In this document: in pieces, positions 50,401 through 58,716 of the stretch
Position numbering within the stretch: the stretch's first letter is position 1
Layout of the letters: the number at the start of each line of letters is the position of its first letter
IMG/VR virus record: IMGVR_UViG_3300010160_000037
Location: 1 to 64,000 of that record
From: a virus
DNA length: 64,000 nt
Strand: one strand, 5' to 3'
Program-made: the position numbers and the translations under genes
The notes under the pieces: model-generated
Databases searched by the model: none
Told to the model about the DNA's origin: nothing
What the model saw: only the letters and a program-made list of their open reading frames with translations

Positions 50401-53400
50401 TACTGGCGGTATCGGTGTACAAGGCAACATGATCGTCAATGGTACTATACAAAGTTATAGTGACATTACTGCTTCAAATTATTACTCAAGCGGCGGCGAA
50501 ATTAGATTGCTTGCGCCATTCAATCAAATAACTGCATTAAATGGTCCGTTAGAAATAGCATCTACAGGATTAATAGATATTGTTAGTTTTAATAATATTA
50601 AATTAAGCCCGATAGCATTAGTAACTGTTGATAGTGCATTAACTGTTACTGGTGTTTCAAACTTTGATGGTCAGGCAGTTTACAGATATAATCAGTTAAC
50701 AATATCAACAATAACTGGTGCTATCGTTGCAGTTGGTGGTATTGCTACAGGCGACAGCGTCTATGCTGGTAATAATATTACTGCCAACAACATTATTTCT
50801 TCAACTGCGGTTGCAATTAGTTCAAGCACTATTGCAGGCAATGCGATCACCGCCCCAGATGGCGGACTTGGAGCAAGAAGCCTATATCTAACAGACCAAG
50901 GTTATATCAATGGTGCATTGATTGTTACAACAGCAACACTAAATCAATACACTGGCGGCCAGATTGGTAACACACTAAACTTATCTAATACTACAAACTC
51001 ACTGAGCACAAACACAGGTGCGCTAACAGTAGCAGGTGGTGTTGGTATTGGCAAAGATGTTGTAGTCGGTGGATCAGTATACTTGAGTGGCGACTTATAT
51101 GTTAACGGCGCTCAAACTATAGTCAACTCAAGCAGTATCCAAACAGGCGATAAAATTATATATGTTAGCACCAGCGCACCATCGGCTATATTGGCCAGTG
51201 GTTCTGGTATCGCTGTCGGTAAGCCAGGAACAGTACGAGCAAGTTTATTATTTGATGGCGTAAGCAGTTGGAGCTCAAACGCAGGTATTAATCCAAGTGG
51301 ACTAGGCATTGGACTAGGTACAGGATCAAATGCATGGAGTTATGGTTTCTTCAACACTATTAAAGTGCTTGGCAATACTTCATCAACAAATACATTAACC
51401 GGTAGCTTACAAGTTACTGGCGGCATTAGTGCAAGTGAAAACTTATACCTAGGTACAAATCGTACCAGCACATTAACAAATACATACAATGCATTAACAA
51501 CGCTAGGCGGAGCCTACATTGGCGGCCAATTAACTGTTAGTGGACCAGATGCATGGGTCAACGGTAGTCCAATTGTTACAGCAACTGACAGCAAACAAAT
51601 TGCTTTCACTAACACAACTGATGCAACCAACACACAAACAGCGGCATTTACTGTAGCTGGTGGAGTTGGCATTGGTAGCACATTGATTGTTGGCGGCCAG
51701 CAGTATATTACCAGCTTATTAGAATCAACAGTAACCAACACAGACAACGCATTAGTAGTATCTGGCGGTATATATGCCGACATGTTGATGGTTAACCAAA
51801 TTGCAACTGTTAACGGCGGTGTTGTAATTACAACAGCAACTATCAATCAGTTCGCGTTCAACGGTGGAACCATTACCAAACAGATTATCATTAATAGTTC
51901 TACACAGGCAACAAGTACTATTACTGGTGCATTCCAGATTACTAACGGTGGTGCTGGCATCGGTGGCAACGTATACATTGGTGGCGAGTTGCGTGTTCAA
52001 GCTAACTCCTCAACATTCAAAGTAATCAATGCTGGTACAGCTACGATCACAACAGCTACAATTAGCTCAAGCATATTCAACACAGCGACCCAAGCAGGTA
52101 ATGCTTTACAGGTAGTCGGTGGTGGTAGCTTTGGATACTTGCGTGTACAGAACCAAGCATGGGTAGGCGGCTATCCTGTCATTACATCACAGAACATCAA
52201 CAGTTATTCCGGCGGTACAATTAATAACCCGTTGGTTATCAATAACGGTACACAGGCAACATCAACAACAACCGGCGCCCTACAAGTTACTAATGGTGGC
52301 CTGGGCGTAGGCGGCAATATTTGGTCAGGCGGATACTATGAGTTCGTTGATCCGTTTAATATTTCACCTACATATGACGGCTACTTTGGTATTAATGCAA
52401 CATTAGATGCAGTCAACATTGGTTCCGGAGATACTGCGATTCCGTTGGCGTTTATACAAAACAAAAATGAAATAGGCAGAATTACAACTTATAATCCAAA
52501 CGGAAGCGCAATTGGCGCAGTATTAGGTGTTGGTGTAACTGCTCCGCAATACGGTATACATCTATCAGGAAGCTCAGCAGGTACATTTGGTTGGATACAA
52601 AATGCCAACACAATGACTAACCTAGTAAGTCTCAACAACACACTACACAGTTCGTTGTTTGGGGGCGATACTTCTAAGATTGCTATTGCCGCGTTTTCAG
52701 GTGATAACGGTGCAACATTTGAACATTGGATTGCATCTGGTGGTACAAGTGCCGGCAGTCAAGTACCGTTGGTATTTGCGGGCGGAGCATGGGATAACAA
52801 CCTTGGTACAAATACAACAGCTGAGTGGGCAAGATTTACCAGCACTGGTAACTTTGCGGCCAAGAACAATATTATTACAACAGCCGCAGGCTTCAGTACT
52901 GCGACCATTGCCAGTAACGCAATGCAGGTCAGTGGTGGCGGTTGGTTTGGTAACTTAAACGTAACCGGGGCGGCATGGGTAGGCAACAGTAAAGTTGTTA
53001 CAGCGGCCACCATTGGTTCATACTCATTCAACGGTGGTACAATTACTACTGCATTGTATGTAAACACAACTACACAGGCAATAAGCAACTCGAGTGGTGC
53101 TATCCGAACAGCTGGTGGTATATCGGCAGTTGGTAACATCTACGCTGGTACTAACTTCTACGGTAATTTAATCGCTACTAACGTAACAGCAACTACAATC
53201 AACTCAGCAGGAAGCCCATTATCAATTGGCGGTGCTTTAACACTAAGCACAGCGACTGATCAGACAGGCGCAGGCACAGGTGCGTTGGCCGTAACTGGTG
53301 GCGCAAGCATTACCAAGAGCTTGTATGTTGGAAGCAATTTAAGCAGTACATCGACTGTTGGCGGAAATGCTCTGCAAGTTGTGGGTGGTATTGGTGCAAG

Positions 53401-56400
53401 TACATTGTACCTAAGCACAGATGGCTGGATTGGAAATGCACAGATCGTTACGAGTGCTAACATCAACAGCTTCTCTGGCGGTACGATTAACAACGCATTA
53501 ACTATTGCCAACACAACAGATTCGATTAACACACAAACTGGCGCATTCGTTGTAACCGGTGGTGTTGGTATTGGCAAGAATTTATGGGTTGGTGGCAATG
53601 CAAACGTATTAGGTAGCATGTACCTAACAGGCGATCTGTACGTAGACGGTACACAAACTATTATTGACAGTACACGTATTCAGACTGGTGATAAAGGGAT
53701 CTATCTAAGCACATCATCAAGTAATGCATCTCTTGCAATTAACTCTGGTTTATACATTGGTAACACTACAGCACCTTATGCTTCCATGTTGTTCGATGGT
53801 ATCAACGCTTGGGTAAGTCAAGGAAATATTATTCCTTCTACATCAGGTGGTTGGAGTCTTGGAAATAACACAACACCGTGGAATACATTATATTCTATAA
53901 CTGCTCGGTTCTCAGGAGCAGTTGAATCAACAACTACACAAACAGGTAGCCTACAAGTTGTCGGCGGAGCAGGTGTTGGTAAGAGTTTAACTGTTGGCAA
54001 TACTGCAACAGTACAAAGCACCTTATTCAACTTAACCGCCGCAACTGGCAATGCAATTTACACACCTGGTGGTATTGGTGCCAAATATCTAAGCATTGAT
54101 ACAAACGGTTATATCAACGGTAGCCCAATTGTTACTGTTGCCAACATTGGCGCATACGCATACAACGGTGGATATGTAGCAAATGCTATCATTATCAATT
54201 CAACTACAAATGCAACAGCCGCACTGAACACAGGTTCGTTAGTGAACTACGGCGGAGCCGCAATTACTAAAGATGTCTACGTTGGTGGAATTGTTAACAT
54301 TGCCAGTGTTGCCGCAAATACAACTACTATTGCTAATAATGCATTAAGTGTAGCAGGTGGTATTGGTGCTAACACATTATATATTGCCACAGCAGGTTAC
54401 ATTGGTACAAGCCCGATTATTACTGCGGCAAATATCAACAGCTTCTCAGGCGGCACGATTAATGCGGCCTTGACAATCAACAATGCCACACAATCAGTTA
54501 GCACAACAACTGGTGCATTGATTGTACAGAATGGCGGTCTTGGTCTAGGCGGAAATATATATACAGGCGGCTATGCGGCTATTGGTATAAACTACGCTCA
54601 AGCAGGTACACTAGGTAACACAGCGACTGGTAGCCTACAGGTATTTGGTGGTGCTGGTATCAACGGCAACTTGACAGTTGCAAGCCAAGGTTACTTTGGC
54701 GGCAACGTAGGTATTAATACAGCCCTTCCAGGCCAAGCACTTGAAGTTAACGGTAACATTGTTGCCGGATCATATAATAGCTCACGTGTACAGATCACAA
54801 ACGCAGGCGGCTCACAGGCAATTTACGAAATTAAATTAACTGAAGCAAGTCCACGTTGGCAAGCTGGTCGTGATTTATTTGGATTAGATACTTCAGGTAT
54901 TGCGTTCATGAACGCAAATCAAACCTTTGCCGCTGGCGGTGCTGGTATTGGTGCCACAAGTGGTAACAACGGCTACCTAGGTTTATATACAACCAATGGC
55001 ACTTCACAAGCTCTACGTGTTACTATTGACGGTGGCGCACAAGGCGGTAACTTAGGTATTGGCGCAAGCAATAACCTACAAGGTAAGTTACATATCAACG
55101 GTGCAAGTGCAAGTGGTTATGGTATCTATGCTACTGGCAATAACGATCACCTATTAAGATCAGGAGCATCAGGATCATACGTTGATTTACAAATTACCAG
55201 AACTGGTGTTGGATCAAATGCAGACTGGAGATTAGGCGTAGCAGGAGCCGCAAGTAACTTTATTGCTACTGCGGCCGCAGGTGACGCTGTAATGACTTAC
55301 GGTAGTAACTTGATATTTGCCAATGCCGCCAACTACGAAATGGCACGTTTTGGTAATGGTGCATTTACTATTGCAACAGCTACTCAAGCAATTAGTACTC
55401 AGAGCGGAAGTATTGTAACTTACGGTGGTGCAGGTATTGGTGGTAACTTGTTTGTTGGTGGCACAGCCAACATTACAGGCACAACATTTATCAGTTCTGC
55501 TATTGCAAGTACAAGTACTATTGCTGGTAACGCACTACAAGTTACTGGTGGTATTGGTGCTCAGAGCATCTACTTAACTAACAACAGCTGGATCAACGGT
55601 TATCAGATCGTTACAACACAAAACGTTGGATCGTTTACTGGTGCGTTTAACGGTGGTACAATTACTAATCCGTTGTTTATACAGAACGGAACCAATGCCG
55701 CAGGTACTGGTTCAGGTGCATTGTACACAACTGGTGGCATTGGCATAACACAAGACTTATATGTAGGTGGTCAAACAACTCATGTAGGTATTACTAACCT
55801 AAGCGGCCTAGTAACAGTTATCAATGCAACGAACGCAAGTTCAACAACAACAGCCGCAGTAAAAATTACTAACGGTGGACTAGGCGTAGGCGGCAATATT
55901 TGGACTGGTGGTAACATCAACTTTAATACCGCAGTTAACAAAATTCGTTGGCAGACTACACAAATTGCAGTCGGCGACGACGGCGGCGCTGGTCAAGGTT
56001 CAATATTCTTTAACAGTAACAATGCCGGTTATCCATCTTCAACAAGTTCAGTACAAAGCGTTGTAATTGGTGCCTATGCTGGCCCAGCATTAAGTGGTGC
56101 CCAGACTACCCTAGTTGGTAACAATGCAGGTTTCACATTAACCAGTGGTGTAGGCAATACATTAATTGGTTACAATGCCGGTAATTTAATTGCCGCTGGC
56201 ACATATAATACCTATGTAGGTAATAGTGCAGGTGCAGGTAACAATTCAACATTAAGCGCAGGAGTCGGAGTTGGTTATCAAGCTCTACAAGTTGCAACAG
56301 GAAATCAAAACGTTGGTCTAGGTTACCAAGCAGGTAAGTCAATTACCAGCGGTGCCTACAACGTGGTAATTGGTGGTATTGATGGCTCAACTATTGCCGC

Positions 56401-58027
56401 ATCGAGCAATAATATACTACTTGCAGATGGCCAAGGTAACCTACGTGCTTCGTGGGACAGCGCAGGTATACAAACACATCCTGGACAAATTAAAGTTACC
56501 AACGTTACCAGTGCCACAAGCACTATAACCGGTGCTGTAATTATTTCCGGCGGCCTAGGAGTTGCTGGCGACATTTATGCTCGTAACATCTACGCTAACG
56601 GTTCTCTAGTTGGTACAGGTAGCGGAGGCGGATCAGGCGGATCATCAACTTCTACACCGTACATTGCAGTTACAAGTGCAACAGTATCTATTTCAACAGT
56701 AACAGGTGCAGAGATCGTAACTGGTGGTGTTGGTATTGGTAAAGACTTGTTTGTCGGTGGTCCAGTATCAATTGGATTGAATACATTCCTAAACAGCGGC
56801 GCTAACTTACAATTATCTGGCAATCAAATTTCAAGTGGTGCTAACGTTGCACAAGGATTGTATGCACAAGGCGGCAACGCATTAGTATACAGCAATGATT
56901 GGTCAGTAGGTAACTGGAGTAAGTTAAACGCAACATACCAAGCAGGTAGCACATACAGCCCAGACGGAACATTAAATGCCACTAAACTTGTTGAAACAAG
57001 TGCCAACGGTAATCACTACTTCCAGCAGACTATCAGTCAAACTGGTCCAATTACAGTTAGCGTGTTTATGCAATCCGCTGATCGTACATACGGTGCAGTT
57101 AACATCACTATCGCAGGACAAGCACATACAGCATGGTTTAACTTGTCAACAGGCGCAGTAGCAAATACAGCAGGAGCATTGTATCCTGTACAAGGACGTT
57201 GCGAATTTGTTCCATACGTTGGTACAGGTAACTGGTATCGTTGCTCATTAACAGTTTGGGCACCAACAAGTGTAACATCAACAGCATTTGGTATCTACAC
57301 AGCGATTGGTAGTGGTACAGTTATCAACGATAGCTTGACATCGTACACAGGTACAGCAGGATTTGGTATCTATATATTTGGTGCGCAGGTAGAGTCTGGT
57401 TATATCGCAGGATACTACACACCTTCAACAAGCGCGGCGATTGCTTCAACTACAAATAACTTGTACTCCGGTGGTAGCTTGTATGTAGCAAGCACAGCAA
57501 CAGTTGGTGGTAGTGCAGTAATTACTGCGGCTACATTGATGAGCAGTATTAACGGCTCTATGAGTGTTGGAAATACTTTAAGAATTACCAACACAACCAA
57601 TGCTACAGCAACAGCTACAGGTGCATTGATTGTTGACGGCGGTGTTGGCATTGCAGGTAACGTATACATCGGTGGTACACTATACGCAACAGCTAAGAGC
57701 TTCTTAATTGACCACCCAACTAAGCCGGGACAGAAATTACAATACGGTTCGTTAGAAGGACCAGAGAACGGAGTTTATGTACGTGGACGTTGCACAAGTG
57801 GTGTAATTGAACTACCTGATTATTGGACTACATTAGTAGATGAAGGTTCAATAACAGTTGATATAACACCAATTGGTACGCATCAGAAACTGTATGTAGA
57901 CCGTATTGAAAACAACAAAGTTTATATTGGTAATGAAAACATCATGAGTAAGAAAATCAACTGTTTCTATACAGTATGGGCCGAACGTAAAGACGTTGGC
58001 AAACTAGACGTAGAAGGAGGAAAATAA
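44432..58027 (+). CDS. Giant tail-fibre/adhesin protein (4531 aa) with beta-helix, LamG/ConA-like domain, YadA-like repeats, a jelly-roll domain and a C-terminal chaperone-like domain
   Basis: YTVEAWIY...WYHVAFVR...YLNG...GYIDDFRIS (LamG), NTLIGYNAG repeats, many TGALxVxGGxGIG repeats, and terminal KSFLIDHPTK...LEGPENGVYVRG...ELPDYW. Confidence 0.78.
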   Translation: MATNDDFIVKNGLVVRAASSEYQSTSTQTGAIVTPGGLGIGQNATIGGQLNVLSTSSFASQLQVSSITKILSTAVNTATVTPDGNALQVTGGIYAQNINIGGIGLIKGSQILTQADGFKGGIITDPLTINTNTQSTSTYSGALTSPGGIGIGGNLNVGGYAQITGTTYLFGDAYGNGQHLLTNLVASPGPGIASKVTFNGYTATIITTNTGVISVTGGTGISVDSPNGNVTVSNVGVTYIQAGTDITVDFNTGTVTINDGSTLQSLLLRGNSTDQTININNGAISNDPTLNNALNVLGSIGATQLTVANTSYIGGAIVVTTSNINRYVGGIITNTLRVQNTTSSISTTTGALVVDGGVGVGENVNIGGSLFVQGGITVLGSYTTVTINSTNTVFIDPVIDLGSGYDNRALAINDGLDRGLLLHYNTGSNTTFDNHAFLGRQASTGALVYLTDVAPGGSTQDVPNPFVGEWGTFKTGQLVLTSPTASTSTTTGALTAVGGIATRGNLNAQAVYDAGNRVVTNVNLTSTLISLNDPGSGIAVVSTVVTGSYVTVNLTNTGIVGLLPGAGIGIAGAGGFTATNGMMVGVPNIYNRGVLTVSVTGDLNVTWNGQSYYTGDIVLSNLSTLQTVTDRGNTTTNQVVILNQTTSTTLTATNALQVLGGISAKTLLITDSGYINGAQIVTSSTINSFSGGTINNSLFIASTETSTGSTTGALRVSGGVGFATTLNVGGLGSFLNTGTALSVTGDARFSSTIYVNTVSALTLGLDLVSIGTGTVNANGVDLLSHPTNVKYVSATSGKNTNDGFRLNSAYATLAYALTQATTGTTVYLAAGTYTEVFPLTIPAGVTVQGAGIRSTIVQPTSGSNTNNGFLLNGEVLVSDLTIANFYKPGSGFAFTSGAKITTKSPYIQRVSVITKGSVTSASDPFGFNQTDAGNGAKLDASLLDATSLEPAVLFNEATFIVPNAVGIYMTNGARAELLNGFTYFASKSIQAEAGATGFAGTGKTRLKLSGITGSFGAGDIITYKDPSGNTKAQGTIASTDGTYVYLTGPVWGFETITDRAAKTVTAYGNAKQSTVQKKFGTSSYVGDGSGDYLEVLSDSDFQFGSLGSYTVEAWIYLNSLGKAQRIFYKGTNLGTSIRFSVTSGNVLYAFHAGASITGITALTTGVWYHVAFVRNAALGTFRIYLNGTLDAYTTGVTGNVNNTDPVSIGGIVATAGESLDGYIDDFRISNVARYTAGTYTVPTSAQTSDVATLLMLNFNGGNLSTAFVDSANGTQNIISNAAASATRITLADYHQFGAELRCIGSASVYGTQGVVANGTGTDLKLIAYNMSHIGSGKDFSNDDSLAVQANEVIQTNGGLVYFQTVDQGGNFRVGTSFLINEQTGNVSFGNANVNLSSLNQLQITDGSNYATILPTSISVGNLSISGNSLSALSGGISITPSGGIVSINSSATIGGGLTISGSFAVPALTDSTSTNTGALTVGGGLGVGLQVQAGSTITTYSAAGSTSSILNNAVTVPNGGIGANTLYLTGKGYSAGNEIVTTATIGSSLGGFVPNALRITSLAQSTSTNTGALVVDGGVGIGGNLTIGGSLNLLGGGSVLTNVTATTDAYIGASVTKTGTTATINIVNLGVQTVSAGSGIFVSANTGTVTISNTDTLDTVLARGSSTAQAITMTDVEYSTSTIAGNALAVTGGVGARSLYLSTEGWIAGAQIVTSSTIGSFVGGQAVTSPLQITSTATYALNIQNGGAYIGGTVVIGGSLQVAGTVTSINSTSVDIGNKLIFLSTLTGSAIQSAESGIVVGKDDGIENDRWASLLFDGGAGAAGNWVSKGGLNPFADSTYGIGTVALQWNSAYIKNINASSVITTSSVYNTGTIGGNALQVTGGIGARSIYLTDKSYIGVNEIITTGNLANFAGTYDGQTPLHYPVQIVNTSTSTSVNSGALQVSGGAGIVGDLYVGGSARVANRLYVTNTATIGSGVLSTTPTNGSLVVTGGIGVQGNMIVNGTIQSYSDITASNYYSSGGEIRLLAPFNQITALNGPLEIASTGLIDIVSFNNIKLSPIALVTVDSALTVTGVSNFDGQAVYRYNQLTISTITGAIVAVGGIATGDSVYAGNNITANNIISSTAVAISSSTIAGNAITAPDGGLGARSLYLTDQGYINGALIVTTATLNQYTGGQIGNTLNLSNTTNSLSTNTGALTVAGGVGIGKDVVVGGSVYLSGDLYVNGAQTIVNSSSIQTGDKIIYVSTSAPSAILASGSGIAVGKPGTVRASLLFDGVSSWSSNAGINPSGLGIGLGTGSNAWSYGFFNTIKVLGNTSSTNTLTGSLQVTGGISASENLYLGTNRTSTLTNTYNALTTLGGAYIGGQLTVSGPDAWVNGSPIVTATDSKQIAFTNTTDATNTQTAAFTVAGGVGIGSTLIVGGQQYITSLLESTVTNTDNALVVSGGIYADMLMVNQIATVNGGVVITTATINQFAFNGGTITKQIIINSSTQATSTITGAFQITNGGAGIGGNVYIGGELRVQANSSTFKVINAGTATITTATISSSIFNTATQAGNALQVVGGGSFGYLRVQNQAWVGGYPVITSQNINSYSGGTINNPLVINNGTQATSTTTGALQVTNGGLGVGGNIWSGGYYEFVDPFNISPTYDGYFGINATLDAVNIGSGDTAIPLAFIQNKNEIGRITTYNPNGSAIGAVLGVGVTAPQYGIHLSGSSAGTFGWIQNANTMTNLVSLNNTLHSSLFGGDTSKIAIAAFSGDNGATFEHWIASGGTSAGSQVPLVFAGGAWDNNLGTNTTAEWARFTSTGNFAAKNNIITTAAGFSTATIASNAMQVSGGGWFGNLNVTGAAWVGNSKVVTAATIGSYSFNGGTITTALYVNTTTQAISNSSGAIRTAGGISAVGNIYAGTNFYGNLIATNVTATTINSAGSPLSIGGALTLSTATDQTGAGTGALAVTGGASITKSLYVGSNLSSTSTVGGNALQVVGGIGASTLYLSTDGWIGNAQIVTSANINSFSGGTINNALTIANTTDSINTQTGAFVVTGGVGIGKNLWVGGNANVLGSMYLTGDLYVDGTQTIIDSTRIQTGDKGIYLSTSSSNASLAINSGLYIGNTTAPYASMLFDGINAWVSQGNIIPSTSGGWSLGNNTTPWNTLYSITARFSGAVESTTTQTGSLQVVGGAGVGKSLTVGNTATVQSTLFNLTAATGNAIYTPGGIGAKYLSIDTNGYINGSPIVTVANIGAYAYNGGYVANAIIINSTTNATAALNTGSLVNYGGAAITKDVYVGGIVNIASVAANTTTIANNALSVAGGIGANTLYIATAGYIGTSPIITAANINSFSGGTINAALTINNATQSVSTTTGALIVQNGGLGLGGNIYTGGYAAIGINYAQAGTLGNTATGSLQVFGGAGINGNLTVASQGYFGGNVGINTALPGQALEVNGNIVAGSYNSSRVQITNAGGSQAIYEIKLTEASPRWQAGRDLFGLDTSGIAFMNANQTFAAGGAGIGATSGNNGYLGLYTTNGTSQALRVTIDGGAQGGNLGIGASNNLQGKLHINGASASGYGIYATGNNDHLLRSGASGSYVDLQITRTGVGSNADWRLGVAGAASNFIATAAAGDAVMTYGSNLIFANAANYEMARFGNGAFTIATATQAISTQSGSIVTYGGAGIGGNLFVGGTANITGTTFISSAIASTSTIAGNALQVTGGIGAQSIYLTNNSWINGYQIVTTQNVGSFTGAFNGGTITNPLFIQNGTNAAGTGSGALYTTGGIGITQDLYVGGQTTHVGITNLSGLVTVINATNASSTTTAAVKITNGGLGVGGNIWTGGNINFNTAVNKIRWQTTQIAVGDDGGAGQGSIFFNSNNAGYPSSTSSVQSVVIGAYAGPALSGAQTTLVGNNAGFTLTSGVGNTLIGYNAGNLIAAGTYNTYVGNSAGAGNNSTLSAGVGVGYQALQVATGNQNVGLGYQAGKSITSGAYNVVIGGIDGSTIAASSNNILLADGQGNLRASWDSAGIQTHPGQIKVTNVTSATSTITGAVIISGGLGVAGDIYARNIYANGSLVGTGSGGGSGGSSTSTPYIAVTSATVSISTVTGAEIVTGGVGIGKDLFVGGPVSIGLNTFLNSGANLQLSGNQISSGANVAQGLYAQGGNALVYSNDWSVGNWSKLNATYQAGSTYSPDGTLNATKLVETSANGNHYFQQTISQTGPITVSVFMQSADRTYGAVNITIAGQAHTAWFNLSTGAVANTAGALYPVQGRCEFVPYVGTGNWYRCSLTVWAPTSVTSTAFGIYTAIGSGTVINDSLTSYTGTAGFGIYIFGAQVESGYIAGYYTPSTSAAIASTTNNLYSGGSLYVASTATVGGSAVITAATLMSSINGSMSVGNTLRITNTTNATATATGALIVDGGVGIAGNVYIGGTLYATAKSFLIDHPTKPGQKLQYGSLEGPENGVYVRGRCTSGVIELPDYWTTLVDEGSITVDITPIGTHQKLYVDRIENNKVYIGNENIMSKKINCFYTVWAERKDVGKLDVEGGK

Positions 58028-58028
58028 T

Positions 58029-58682
58029 ATGTCAGTAGCAATAGGACCTTTTATTCCTCTTTCAGGATTGGCGTTCATGGCTGATCCACGTAACACAAAA
58101 TGTTATCCAGGCACAGGTACAGCCGCATTTAATCAAATAGATAATCAGGGGCTAACACTGAGCTCTGCAAGTGCATGGTCGGGTAACTACTTTACCCCAG
58201 GCGCGGCATTTACTATCGCCAGTAATAACTCCTATTCACTAAGCATGACTTCGGGTTATACTGTAATCCAGTTTATGAATTTAATAAGCCGGGCAGGCGG
58301 AACATTTGGTTATACTTCTGGTTCAAATACCGCCAACTTGTACATGGGTAATGCGACAAATATGCGTTGGCAAACTTACCTAACAGGTGGCGACTTGACT
58401 TCAAATTCAACAGTACCACTGAATACATGGCATTGCTGGGCAGGAAGTTTTAGCGGAACGGGCTCTGCAGGCGGAACAGCAACAAGCAAACTTTACTATA
58501 ACGGAGTACTAGATGCTCAAAACAACGTAGCAGGATCTGCAAGTATAGCTGGTAACTTCCAGATATTTTACAGCGGCCCACCTAACGGTAGCATTGGACC
58601 CACATTATTTTACAACAGAGTACTAAGTGACCTTGAAGTAAAAACATGCTTCCAAGCATATCGAGCAAGTTTTGGAATTTAA
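58029..58682 (+). CDS. LamG/concanavalin A-like protein
   Basis: DPRNTKCYPGTG N-terminus; NTWHCWAGS...KLYYNGVL...FYNRVLSDLEVKTCFQA.R..FGI. Confidence 0.7.
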   Translation: MSVAIGPFIPLSGLAFMADPRNTKCYPGTGTAAFNQIDNQGLTLSSASAWSGNYFTPGAAFTIASNNSYSLSMTSGYTVIQFMNLISRAGGTFGYTSGSNTANLYMGNATNMRWQTYLTGGDLTSNSTVPLNTWHCWAGSFSGTGSAGGTATSKLYYNGVLDAQNNVAGSASIAGNFQIFYSGPPNGSIGPTLFYNRVLSDLEVKTCFQAYRASFGI

Positions 58683-58716
58683 TAGACCGATAAATATAGG
58701 AACAATGGAATAAGAG

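Noticed and set aside
58705-58713. Mini uORF ATG-GAA-TAA before the 58717 fibre gene
   Set aside because: It is too short to distinguish from chance, and nothing else supports it.
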